Shown: positions 39,098 to 48,654 of the stretch, piece by piece | Layout of the letters: each line of letters starts with the position of its first letter | Numbering within the stretch: the first letter of the stretch is position 1 | Source of the DNA: Candidatus Shapirobacteria bacterium | GTDB taxonomy: Bacteria > Patescibacteriota > Microgenomatia > UBA12405 | Assembly: GCA_037142555.1 (NCBI GenBank) | Contig: JBAXAJ010000002.1 | Coordinates: forward strand, 15,029-79,028 | Length of the DNA stretch: 64,000 nucleotides | Reading direction: 5' to 3' | Position numbers and translations under genes: made by a program | The notes under the pieces: generated by a model | Seen by the model: the letters and a program-made list of their open reading frames with translations, nothing else | Told to the model about the DNA's origin: nothing | Databases searched by the model: none

Positions 39098-40608
39098 GGG
39101 ACCCCATCTCTGCCTACTGGATATACATTCCCTTTACTGTGGTTTAAACACCCACCACAAAAACCGTTACACTTAAATATTTCTAATTGTAATTCTGGTT
39201 TAATAAATTCTCCATTATTTGCTGCTTTTATAATATTTTCTGAACTAATGAAAGTTAAACTTCTAGCCCCAATCGCTTTAGCAATTTTTTTCTCATCACC
39301 CTTATTCAAAAAAGCCACTAACTCTTCCTGGCTTCTAATACTTATACCTAAATAACACACATTAGTCACCATCGGTAATCCAGAAACCCAATCTACTGAT
39401 TTAGCCCCTAACTCTTTTAATTTTTGAACTATTATCTTAGAAGTAGAGGATCTCACCACCGAATCGTCTAAACAAACAATTCTTTTGCCTTCGTATATTT
39501 TTGGGTTAGGAACGAAAGATAATTTTTGGAAAACTGCATTAAGGATTCCACTTCTTTCCTTATCATTCATAAAAGTTCTTGTTGGTAAATTAGGGAAATA
39601 TTGGCTAGGTTTTTTCGTAATTATATTTTTAACCGGAATATTTAATTCGTTATGGAAACCTTCAGCGATAGCTAATCCAGAATCTGGAATCCCAATCACA
39701 AAATCAATGTCTTTATATTTTTCTTTAAATTGTTGAGCTAGATAAACACCAGATTTTAATCTAAATTCATAAATTGAAGACCATTCACCATTTGGAGTTA
39801 GATATAAAGAGTTTGGTGATCGAGTGTAGGGGAATTCAAATATACATTCATTTTTATTTTTATAATTACCTTCTTTAATGACTTCAAAACCCTTAGAACT
39901 ATTAACTTTACTAATTTCTCCTGGTTTTATTTCTCTTAATAATTTTGCCTGAATATTTTCAAATGATTGTGTTTCGGAAGCAATAACCCAACCATCATTA
40001 ATAGACCCCACCAATAATGGTCTTATTCCATATTTGTCTCGGGCCATATATAAAGTGTCTTTTATTCCTACAACCAATCCATATGAACCTTCTATTTTTT
40101 TTAATGCTTTTATAATTTTTTCATCCCAATTTAAACCCTTTGTTCTAGCCAATATGTTGGCAAAAATTCGAGTATCAGACATTTCTGGATTATTTTTATA
40201 TTTTTTTATTCCCACAAATTCACCATTATGCGCTATTGTGATTAAAGTCCCATCAGACATAGTCACACAACAAGGTTGGTTATTTTCTAAACAATAATTA
40301 CCATTTGTTCCATATCGACAATGAAGAATACCCCATCTGTTTGGATCTTGAAATTTTAGTGATATTTCCTCATTAAAAACATTTTTTATCAGACCATCAG
40401 CCTTATGGATAGTATCTTTAAAATCATCATTCATCATCACCATCCCAGCTGCATTTTGACCTCTTTGTTGAACTCCAATTCCACCATATTTAAGATCTAA
40501 AAACAAATTTCTTGGTTCTTTTACATACATTGCAAAGATACCGCAGTTTTCATGGACTTGTTCTTTTTCATCAGCAACATACACATCAAATTTTTTTGAA
40601 TAACCCAT
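39082..40608 (-). CDS. purF: Amidophosphoribosyltransferase
   Basis: Propeptide then CGIF, QRGQ, H.RYGT, HNG, RD.YGIRPL, PDSG, DDSVVR; Fe-S cysteines ECIFE, VCYLG, CGGC. Confidence 0.92.
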   Translation of the reverse strand: MGYSKKFDVYVADEKEQVHENCGIFAMYVKEPRNLFLDLKYGGIGVQQRGQNAAGMVMMNDDFKDTIHKADGLIKNVFNEEISLKFQDPNRWGILHCRYGTNGNYCLENNQPCCVTMSDGTLITIAHNGEFVGIKKYKNNPEMSDTRIFANILARTKGLNWDEKIIKALKKIEGSYGLVVGIKDTLYMARDKYGIRPLLVGSINDGWVIASETQSFENIQAKLLREIKPGEISKVNSSKGFEVIKEGNYKNKNECIFEFPYTRSPNSLYLTPNGEWSSIYEFRLKSGVYLAQQFKEKYKDIDFVIGIPDSGLAIAEGFHNELNIPVKNIITKKPSQYFPNLPTRTFMNDKERSGILNAVFQKLSFVPNPKIYEGKRIVCLDDSVVRSSTSKIIVQKLKELGAKSVDWVSGLPMVTNVCYLGISIRSQEELVAFLNKGDEKKIAKAIGARSLTFISSENIIKAANNGEFIKPELQLEIFKCNGFCGGCLNHSKGNVYPVGRDGVPYKRK

Positions 40609-40644
40609 ATTCAAGATTATAACAAAGTAAAAATTTAATTTTTC

Positions 40645-40809
40645 TTATCGCCTGGCTATATCATCTGAATAAGTTTCCATATTTTCGCCATTTTCAGGAT
40701 ATTTTTGAGCTAAATAAAATTCCTTTTGTTCATCATTCATTTCATGTAAATTATTCACAGTCAATTTGATATCTTTATTATCGAAAATTGGTTGTTCCTT
40801 AGAACTCAT
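40645..40809 (-). CDS. 54-aa hypothetical protein (not in ORF track)
   Basis: MSSKEQPIFDNKDIKLTV...DDIARR fills the xth-purF gap; TAAATT 5 nt before ATG. Confidence 0.5.
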   Translation of the reverse strand: MSSKEQPIFDNKDIKLTVNNLHEMNDEQKEFYLAQKYPENGENMETYSDDIARR

Positions 40810-40826
40810 AATTAAATTTACCACTT

Positions 40827-41588
40827 TTAAATATTTATCTCAATGCCAACCGGGCAGTGATCAGACCCAAGAACTTCAGTCAAAATAAAAGCTGATTTAA
40901 CAGTGTCTTTTAACTTTTCATCAATAAAAAAATAATCAATTCTCCAACCAACATTTTTTTGTCTGCAACCACATCTTTGACTCCACCAAGAATATTCAAC
41001 TTTTTCTGGGTTTAATAATCGGTAAGTGTCGACCCAACCATTTTGTTCCAATTTATCCATCCAAGCTCTTTCAATTGGCAAAAAACCAGTATTTTTAACA
41101 TTATCCTTAGGTCTAGCTAAATCAATCTCATTATGGGCAGTGTTAACATCACCACAAAAAACAACTTTTTCACCCCTGTCTCGAAGTTCATTAATATATT
41201 TCAAAAAATTATCATAAAATTTCATTTTATAATCAAGTCTCAAAAGTTCATGGCCACCATTTGGAAAATAAATATTTAATAAAGTAAATTCATCAAATTT
41301 TGTAATAATCACTCGACCCTCATCATCCCAATCATTATCTCTTTCGCCCAAAATCACTGATTTAGGTTCCATTTTTGAAAAAGTTGCCACTCCAGAATAA
41401 CCAGCTTTTTCGGCTGGATTAAAAAATTGGTGATATCCAGTTGGACATTCAAGCATCGGAATTTGATTAGGCATTGCTCTCACTTCTTGGAAACAATAAA
41501 CATCAGCCTTAAGATCTTCCATCGTTCCCCATAAACCTTTTTTGATTGCCGCCCTCATTCCAGCCAAGTTCCAAGAAATTATTTTCAT
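40827..41588 (-). CDS. xth: Exodeoxyribonuclease III / AP endonuclease
   Basis: SWN, QE, GYSGV, YFPNG, GDVN.AH, GWRIDY, SDHCP. Confidence 0.97.
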   Translation of the reverse strand: MKIISWNLAGMRAAIKKGLWGTMEDLKADVYCFQEVRAMPNQIPMLECPTGYHQFFNPAEKAGYSGVATFSKMEPKSVILGERDNDWDDEGRVIITKFDEFTLLNIYFPNGGHELLRLDYKMKFYDNFLKYINELRDRGEKVVFCGDVNTAHNEIDLARPKDNVKNTGFLPIERAWMDKLEQNGWVDTYRLLNPEKVEYSWWSQRCGCRQKNVGWRIDYFFIDEKLKDTVKSAFILTEVLGSDHCPVGIEINI

Positions 41589-41642
41589 AACTTATTATAC
41601 TAGTTCGTTTCTAGATTATTTGTTATAATAACGAGCACTAAA

Positions 41643-41714
41643 CCAGCAGGAGCCGGACGGTTAGGCAACAGTCTGTAAAACTGTCTAAAGTAGGTTCAAC
41701 TCCTACCTGCTGGA
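41643..41714 (+). tRNA. tRNA-Tyr (GTA), C1-G72, short variable loop
   Basis: CCAGCAG/CTGCTGG acceptor, A73, ACAGT-CTGTAAA-ACTGT, GTAGG-TTCAACT-CCTAC. Confidence 0.9.
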
Positions 41715-41732
41715 CACATAAAACCTATAATA

Positions 41733-41761
41733 TTGACTCAATCCCTCCTTTTTGCTACAAT
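41733..41761 (+). promoter_or_regulatory. Sigma70 promoter
   Basis: TTGACT-17 nt-TACAAT, followed by a hairpin starting ACTTT. Confidence 0.8.
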
Positions 41762-41854
41762 AGCCAACTTTACATAATAAACTTTTGCGTTTATTTTTTG
41801 TCAAAGTAAAAAAAGATCTTTAAAAAAGAAAAAAAGAGAGAAGGAGTGTTGTTA

Positions 41855-42262
41855 ATGAGTTTTTTTGACAGATTTAAAAGAGAGAACATTGAAGAGGTTG
41901 TCTATCCGACTAAATGTGGCCACGAAGCCAAACCATTCAATGAAGCAGTTAAAGTTTTTGGTGAGGAAATAAATATTTTTCTTCGTCCAGTTAATGGAGT
42001 TATTGACCTTTGTCTTAATTGTTATCTGAAAATGATTAGAAAATGTCCCTCTTGTGGAGAATTAATCCACCCTGGAGACCCAATCGTTTTTCGTCAGGTT
42101 GATGAAAGTGAAAATTTTGACTTAGTCAGAAACAATGAGTACATAATAGTTAGTCTCAGAAATAAACAGGTGGCAGGGTGCACTAAGTGTTCCGAGATAA
42201 ACATTGTTCATGGGCATTGGAACAAAAAAGGAAAGATTGAAAGATTGATCAAAGTAAGCTAA
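41855..42262 (+). CDS. Cys-rich putative zinc-binding protein
   Basis: CGH, CLNC, CPSC, CTKC; SD AAGGAGTG (track start 41846). Confidence 0.75.
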   Translation: MSFFDRFKRENIEEVVYPTKCGHEAKPFNEAVKVFGEEINIFLRPVNGVIDLCLNCYLKMIRKCPSCGELIHPGDPIVFRQVDESENFDLVRNNEYIIVSLRNKQVAGCTKCSEINIVHGHWNKKGKIERLIKVS

Positions 42263-42283
42263 AACATTTTTTTTTCTAAAAAT

Positions 42284-42335
42284 CGTCGACAAAGATTGAG
42301 AATTTTTTCTCTTTCCCACCTCGGCGTTTTTTTTT
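42284..42335 (+). terminator. Probable intrinsic terminator (long hairpin)
   Basis: CGTCGA...GAGAA-TTTT-TTCTC...CACC-TCGGCG followed by T9. Confidence 0.55.
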
Positions 42336-42412
42336 GCCAAAAAAATAGGATATTGACTTAATTTTGTGCTTGTTATACAATCACCATTCCTAATTTAAAT
42401 AGGTATAAAAAT

Positions 42413-42586
42413 ATGAACGAAAGAATCAAAAACATGGACGTCCAAAAAATGGTAGTATGCATTCGCCAAATAGAGCAATCAGAAGCTGATGGTGAAAATA
42501 CAAGTTTTTTACATAAAGAACTACATACTCTAATTAATGGTGACACTAAAAGAGTTAATCTCGATGAATCTGGTAAAATAGCTTAG
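42413..42586 (+). CDS. 57-aa hypothetical protein (not in ORF track)
   Basis: MNERIKNMDVQKMVVCIRQIEQ...ESGKIA; own TTGACT-17-TACAAT promoter; stop overlaps the recF start. Confidence 0.55.
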   Translation: MNERIKNMDVQKMVVCIRQIEQSEADGENTSFLHKELHTLINGDTKRVNLDESGKIA

Positions 42587-43656
42587 TGCATCTTTCCAAA
42601 CTTCTCCTCCAAAACTTCAGATCTTACGAACAACAATTAGTTGAACTTGACCCAAAATTAAACCTAATTTTTGGTCCAAATGGCTCTGGCAAAACTAATA
42701 TTCTAGAAGCAATTTTTCTCCTTTCATCTGGCAAAAGTTTTAGGTCTTCCTCTCAATCAAAAATGATTAATTGGAATAATTACTTTTGTTCAGTCAGAGC
42801 TAAATTAATTAATAATAAAGAAGAAGAATCTGAAATTGAAGTTAAATTAATTAAAGATCCAAAAGGGATTTCTCCAACCGTTTCCCGCAAATTTTTAATC
42901 CAAAAAGTCGAAAAAACTCGAAAAAAGTATATTGGAATTTTAAAAACAGTTATTTTCCACCCTGAAGACATCAGGATTATAAATGGTTCACCAACTCGCC
43001 GTCGCGATTTTTTTGACCATATATTTTCCCAAACCGAATGGCGCTATGCCTCAGCTCTATTACAATATAATAAAGCTCTAAAACATCGTAATGAACTTCT
43101 AGATTTAATTAAAGCCGGAACAGCTGCTCCTGGCGAATTGTTTTATTGGGATCAATCTCTAATCAAAAATTCCAAAATAGTCCACGATTTTCGAGTTTCT
43201 TTTGTAAAATTTGCCAACCAATTTTTTGCCAATCATCCAGATTCTCAAATTAAAACTATTTTCATTAATTATCATCCTTCATTTCTAACTGAAGATAAAT
43301 TAACCAAAAACTATCAACTCGATCTAAGTCGAGGCTACACTCAAGCGGGGATTCACCGTGATGATTTTAGTTTTGACAACTCAATTTTTCCAGCTGAAGA
43401 CAAAAACTTAGCCTTTTGGGGCAGTCGTGGTCAACAAAGATTGGCAGTTCTGGCTCTTCGATTAGCTCAAATCAATTATCTAGAAGAAAACTATCATGAT
43501 AAACCAATTTTGCTTCTAGATGACATTTTTTCAGAATTAGATCCAGAACATCAAGAGTTAGTAACCAAAGTTTGCCAATCTTACCAAACAATTTTCACTT
43601 CATCTGAACCTGATATTCTAAAAATCCTAAAATCCGCCCATTTAATCAAACTTTAA
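42586..43656 (+). CDS. recF: DNA replication/repair protein RecF
   Basis: NFRSY, GPNGSGKTN.LEAI, G.P..RR.F.D, SRGQQR, LLLDDIFSELD. Confidence 0.97.
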   Translation: MHLSKLLLQNFRSYEQQLVELDPKLNLIFGPNGSGKTNILEAIFLLSSGKSFRSSSQSKMINWNNYFCSVRAKLINNKEEESEIEVKLIKDPKGISPTVSRKFLIQKVEKTRKKYIGILKTVIFHPEDIRIINGSPTRRRDFFDHIFSQTEWRYASALLQYNKALKHRNELLDLIKAGTAAPGELFYWDQSLIKNSKIVHDFRVSFVKFANQFFANHPDSQIKTIFINYHPSFLTEDKLTKNYQLDLSRGYTQAGIHRDDFSFDNSIFPAEDKNLAFWGSRGQQRLAVLALRLAQINYLEENYHDKPILLLDDIFSELDPEHQELVTKVCQSYQTIFTSSEPDILKILKSAHLIKL

Positions 43657-43880
43657 ACACAAAGCAAGTTCAACTTGCCTAGTGTAAATTATTTTCTCCT
43701 ATATTATAATAACGTCACTGTCTTAACAGGCAGTTTTCCGTACTTTAAAATTTTGAAGGTAAAAAACATGAAAACAGAAAAAACTAGAGTCACTCCTGTT
43801 AGTACCAGAAAGATTTTCTAAAAAAAAATTTTTGATTGATATTTATAATCAATCATTTCAACTTTTGAGTTGGAATTATT

Positions 43881-45391
43881 TGTACTAAGAGTTTGATCGT
43901 GGCTCAGGGTGAACGCTGGCGATGTGCCTAAGACATGCAAGTCGAACGGGATTTGTTGTTTACACAGAGATATTCCTATACAGTGGGAATTTCTGTGTAA
44001 ATAATAAGTTTAGTGGCGAACGGGTGAGTAATAAGTACGAACATACCTCTTTGTAGGGCATAGCCCACCGAAAGGTGGAGTAATTTCCTATAGTATCCGA
44101 TGCAATATTCGGATTAAAGACGCAAGTCGCGAAGAGAGTGGCGTACTCGCTACCAGCTAGTTGGTGAGGTAATGGCTCACCAAGGCGATGACGGCTACCG
44201 GCTCTTAGCGGAGGGCCCGGCACAATGGGACTGAGACACGGCCCATACTTCTACGGAAGGCAGCAGTTAGGAATTTTGCGCAATGGACGAAAGTCTGACG
44301 CAGCGACATCGCGTGTGGGATGAAGGCCTTCGGGTCGTAAACCACTTTTATAACAATATGAAATTGTTTTGAATAAGGAACTACTAACTACGTGCCAGCA
44401 GTCGCGGTAATACGTAGGTTCCGAGCGTTACCCGGTTTTATTGGGCGTAAAGAGTCTGTAGGTTGTTTTTCAAGTCTTATTTCAAAGACCCTAGCTTAAC
44501 TAGGGACAGGGGTAGGAGACTGAAAGACTAGAGTTATATCGGGGTTACTGGAATTTGTAGTGTAGGGGTAAAATCCGTGGATACTACAAAGAACACCAAG
44601 CGCGAAGGCGGGTAACTAGGTATACACTGACACTGAGAGACGAAAGCTAGGGTAGCAAATCAGATTAGAGACCTGAGTAGTCCTAGCCGTAAACATTGTC
44701 TGTTAATTTCTCGGGATTTATCCTGGGAGATGTAAGCTAACGCGTTAAACAGACCGCCTGGGGAGTATAGCCGCAAGGCCGAAACTCAAACGAATTGGCG
44801 GGGAGGCGCACAACCAGTGGAGCATGTGGTTTAATTCGATACGAAGCGATAAACCTTACCTGGGCTTGAAATGTATCTGCAAATCTCCAGAAACGGAGAC
44901 TCCTTCGAGGGTGATACACAGCTGTTGCATGGCTGTCGTCAGCTCGTGACGTGAGTTGTTCTCTTAAGTGAGGTAACGAGCGCAACCCCTATCGTATGTT
45001 ACTGTGTCATACGAGACTGCCTAGCATTATTTTGTTAGGAGGAAGGAGGGGACGACGTCAAGTCATCATGATGCTTATGTCCAGGGCTACACACATCCTA
45101 CAATGGGTTGTACAGAGGGTTGCAATACCGCGAGGTGGAGCTAATCCCTAAAACAATCCTCAGTTGGGATTGCAGGCTGAAACTCGCCTGCATGAACTTG
45201 GAATTGGTAGTAATCGCAAATCAGCAGATTGCGGTGAATACGTTCTCGCCTCTTGCACACACTGCCCGTCAAATCAGCAAAGTTGGGGGTACCTGAAGCC
45301 TTACTTTTGTAGGACCAAGGTAAATTCAGCGATGAGGGTTAAGTCGTAACAAGGTATCCGTACTGGAAGGTGCGGATGGATCACCTCCTTT
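43881..45391 (+). rRNA. rrs: 16S rRNA, unlinked (no ITS tRNA or 23S)
   Basis: AGAGTTTGATCGTGGCTCAG ... GTGCCAGCAGTCGCGGTAA ... AAGTCGTAACAAGGTA ... GGATCACCTCCTTT; ends approximate. Confidence 0.99.
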
Positions 45392-45465
45392 GAGGAAACT
45401 CAAAACTTTCTGGTACTAACAGTTTTGACTCTAGTTTAGTTTTCATTACCTTCAAAATTTAAATT

Positions 45466-45494
45466 TAATCCCGCTTCGGCGGGATTATTTTTTT
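45466..45494 (+). terminator. Intrinsic terminator after 16S
   Basis: TAATCCCGC-TTCG-GCGGGATTA followed by a T tract. Confidence 0.9.
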
Positions 45495-45532
45495 AATCGA
45501 ATGCATTTATTAAATAACTCGACTTAAATAGC

Positions 45533-46246
45533 ATGACTTCAAAAATTAAAATTGATCCGAATAATTTACCAAAACACATTGCCATAATCATGGATGGGAA
45601 TCGTCGTTGGGCCGAAGCTCGTGGTTTAAACCCGACTGAGGGTCACAAAGCTGGTGCCAAAAACCTTCAAGATATTGTCAATTATTGTCGAGATATAGGC
45701 ATAAAAAACATCACTGTCTATGCTCTTTCAACTGAAAATTGGCGCAAACGTTCAGCTCAAGAAGTCAAAGGGATTTTTAATCTTTTAATTGATGTTGTTA
45801 AAACAAAAAGAGAAGAATATAGAAAAGCTGGCATTAAATTTTTTGTTCTTGGTAATTTTCAAGCTTTTCCTTTAAAAGTCAAAAGTGCCATCAAAAAAAT
45901 GTTAGACGTGGTTCTCGATAACGAAAGAATTAAATTTAACGTGGCCCTAAACTATGGCGGTCGAGATGAAATAATTAATGCTATTAAAAATATCATTAAA
46001 GATGGGGTCAAGCCATCCGAAGTTAATGAAGAATTAATTTCTAAATATTTATACACTCATGACCAACCTGATCCAGATTTAATAATCAGACCTGGTGGTG
46101 AATTCCGTCTTTCTAATTTCTTACTTTGGCAAATGTCCTATGCTGAACTTTATTTCACCGACACTCTTTGGCCAGATTTCACTCCAAAAGAACTAGAAAA
46201 AACTATCATTCAATATCAACAACGCAACCGTCGAATGGGGAAATAA
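45533..46246 (+). CDS. uppS: Undecaprenyl diphosphate synthase
   Basis: HIAIIMDGNRRWA, STENW.R, NYGGR.E, PDLIIR..GE.RLSNFLLWQ. Confidence 0.98.
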   Translation: MTSKIKIDPNNLPKHIAIIMDGNRRWAEARGLNPTEGHKAGAKNLQDIVNYCRDIGIKNITVYALSTENWRKRSAQEVKGIFNLLIDVVKTKREEYRKAGIKFFVLGNFQAFPLKVKSAIKKMLDVVLDNERIKFNVALNYGGRDEIINAIKNIIKDGVKPSEVNEELISKYLYTHDQPDPDLIIRPGGEFRLSNFLLWQMSYAELYFTDTLWPDFTPKELEKTIIQYQQRNRRMGK

Positions 46247-46248
46247 GA

Positions 46249-46530
46249 TTAAAAAATCTTCACTCCCAACATCACTTCAATAATTTGAACTACAAAATAA
46301 GAAATAAAGATAATCAAAAACCCAATTAATCCACCGGTAATTTTCCCATAACCTTCTTTGGCCTTATCTGGGTTTCCTGCCGCAGTCATTAAAGTTACAC
46401 CACCTGAAATCAACACTACTAATAGTGCTAAACCAGCAATAGTGTAAACAATTGGTAAAGCTTGTCCAACAAGACTACCAACATTTGGAAATTTTGTGGC
46501 TAATGGATCGGCTGGTAAAGTTACTGCCAT
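46249..46530 (-). CDS. CPR pilin-family (VirB2/TrbC-like) membrane protein
   Basis: G...MTAAGNPDK...G...IT..LIG between two TMs. Confidence 0.8.
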   Translation of the reverse strand: MAVTLPADPLATKFPNVGSLVGQALPIVYTIAGLALLVVLISGGVTLMTAAGNPDKAKEGYGKITGGLIGFLIIFISYFVVQIIEVMLGVKIF

Positions 46531-46932
46531 TTAATTTATTCCTGGAATATGTAAAATATTAACTGTAATTAATCTTAACAAAAACAAAGCAAACAATGAA
46601 ATTAGAAGCCCAGTTATAGCTGAAGTGATGGTTTCTTGAGCTCCTTGAACCGCTTTTGGATCTCCTTTTGACATTGTCATCAAAATAAATCCATAAACCA
46701 TTAATAGAAAAGCAATTCCACCAGCGATTCCAAATAAGACAGGCAACAACCAAGTCACAAAAGCTCCCATTTCTACTGGTATACAACCTAAAGCCGTGTT
46801 TATTTTTGGGGTAGCACTATTTATGCCACCACAGCCATCAAATGGGTCAAGAGCTAAAACTTTACTGATTTTTCCCAATCCTAAAAACATTCCAAATGTC
46901 ATTAAAAAAGGCATTATTTTTCTTCTTAACAT
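46531..46932 (-). CDS. CPR pilin-family membrane protein
   Basis: INTALGCIP, G...TMSKGDPKAV..A...IT.AI.GL. Confidence 0.8.
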   Translation of the reverse strand: MLRRKIMPFLMTFGMFLGLGKISKVLALDPFDGCGGINSATPKINTALGCIPVEMGAFVTWLLPVLFGIAGGIAFLLMVYGFILMTMSKGDPKAVQGAQETITSAITGLLISLFALFLLRLITVNILHIPGIN

Positions 46933-46964
46933 AAACTTAGTATAACAAATGTTAGAATTAATCT

Positions 46965-48635
46965 GTGAATCAAAATTTCTTCAAAAGAATAATTTTAATC
47001 TTGTTTATTCTCATATTTTCTACATTTTATTTTCTTCCTCCTGTCTATGCAGACATAAATTCTGACATTGCCAACATTCAAAAACAAATTGCCGATCTGG
47101 AAAATTCCATGGCCCCACTCAAAAAAGAGTCAACCGGTCTTCAGGCTAAAATTACTCAAGCCAAAAATCAAATCACTGCCACCGAATCTCAAATCACTAA
47201 CCTTGGTCAACAACTAGTCAACAAAGAAGCCGATCTAGAAGTTCAAAAAATTCTAATTTCTGAAAGAATCAAAAAATATTATAAAGATACTAAAAAGTAT
47301 AATCCCTTTGTTCTTTTCCTCTCTTCCTCAGAAAGCTCAAATCTCTTACATCAATACACTTGGTACCAATCTATCATCACCCGCGACAAAAGCACTATTG
47401 TTCAATACACCAACGATATTAGTGCCCTAAACCAAAATAAAGTCGAACTCGAAGCTCAAAAAGTAAAAATGGCTGAAATTAAAAAAAGTCTTGACAGCCG
47501 TTTTGGTTTTTTAAGTGGTGAAATCAAAAAAGCCGAAACTTTTAAAGCTGAATTATCAGCAAAACAAAGACAACTAGAAGCTCAAAAATTAGCCAGTTTG
47601 AATCTCCCTACCACTGTCGGTTCTGGCTCAATGATGTGCACTGATGATCGCAAAACTGATCCTGGATTTGGCTCTGGCTTCGCCTTTTTTACCTTTGGAA
47701 TTCCTCATCATGTCGGTTTAAATCAATATGGAGCCTACGGTCGAGCTAAAGCTGGCCAAAATTACCGAGACATTTTAAATGCTTATTTTAATAATACTTC
47801 CATCGAAAAAAAATCTAATGTGACTCTACAAGTCAAAGGTTTCGGCTCAATGCCAATAGAACAATATCTTCTTGGAATTTATGAAGTTCCTGCCAGTTGG
47901 CCAATTGAAGCTCTTAAGGCTCAAGCCATTGCCGCTCGTTCTTATGCTCTTGCTTACACCGACAATGGAAAGAATGAAATTTGTACCACTCAAGCTTGCC
48001 AAGTTTATAAAGGTGGTAACAAAGGTGGTGATTGGGAAAAAGCTGTTAAGGCCACTGAAGGCGAAGTCCTAGTCCAAGGTGGTCAAGTTGTGACTGCTTG
48101 GTTTGCTTCAACCGCTGGTGCCTACACCTACAGCTCAGCTGATGTTGGTTGGAAATCAACTGGATGGACTAAAAGAACTAGAGACACTTCTGGCGACATT
48201 AACTCTTTTGATGATTTATTTGCCAAAGCTTATGACCGTGATTCTCCTTGTTTTTATGCCGCTCAAGGCTATCGTAAAGAATACAATAAATCAGCTTGGC
48301 TAAAACCAAGTGAAGTGGCAGACGTTGTTAACTCAATTCTTCTATCTCAAAGAGATCCTTCAATAAACAATAATCTCTTACCTCCAGATCAAGGTGGTTG
48401 GAGTATTGATCAAGTTAAAAATGAATTAAGAAGTCGTGGAGGTAATCCTTATAACACTATCAATTCTGTCTCCATATCTTGGGATAAAGGAACCGGTTAT
48501 ACTACTCAAGTTTCAATTTCAGGTGACGCTGGCTCAGCTAATTTTGATGGTTCCACTTGGAAAAGTTATTTCAATTCTCGGGCTCCAGCCAACATTTCCA
48601 TCGTCGGCCCACTATATAATGTCGAAAAACGTTAA
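46965..48635 (+). CDS. Coiled-coil plus SpoIID/LytB-domain protein
   Basis: Signal peptide, coiled coil, H.VGLNQYGA, EALKAQAIAARSYA, CQVY. Confidence 0.9.
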   Translation: MNQNFFKRIILILFILIFSTFYFLPPVYADINSDIANIQKQIADLENSMAPLKKESTGLQAKITQAKNQITATESQITNLGQQLVNKEADLEVQKILISERIKKYYKDTKKYNPFVLFLSSSESSNLLHQYTWYQSIITRDKSTIVQYTNDISALNQNKVELEAQKVKMAEIKKSLDSRFGFLSGEIKKAETFKAELSAKQRQLEAQKLASLNLPTTVGSGSMMCTDDRKTDPGFGSGFAFFTFGIPHHVGLNQYGAYGRAKAGQNYRDILNAYFNNTSIEKKSNVTLQVKGFGSMPIEQYLLGIYEVPASWPIEALKAQAIAARSYALAYTDNGKNEICTTQACQVYKGGNKGGDWEKAVKATEGEVLVQGGQVVTAWFASTAGAYTYSSADVGWKSTGWTKRTRDTSGDINSFDDLFAKAYDRDSPCFYAAQGYRKEYNKSAWLKPSEVADVVNSILLSQRDPSINNNLLPPDQGGWSIDQVKNELRSRGGNPYNTINSVSISWDKGTGYTTQVSISGDAGSANFDGSTWKSYFNSRAPANISIVGPLYNVEKR

Positions 48636-48654
48636 ATTTTGGTAAACTATAGTT

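Noticed and set aside
43960-45349. ORFs at 43960, 44737, 45108 and 45164
   Set aside because: They lie inside the 16S rRNA and are spurious.
43881-45391. Intron in the 16S gene
   Set aside because: The length is about 1.5 kb with contiguous conserved blocks; only a lengthened helix 6 is seen.
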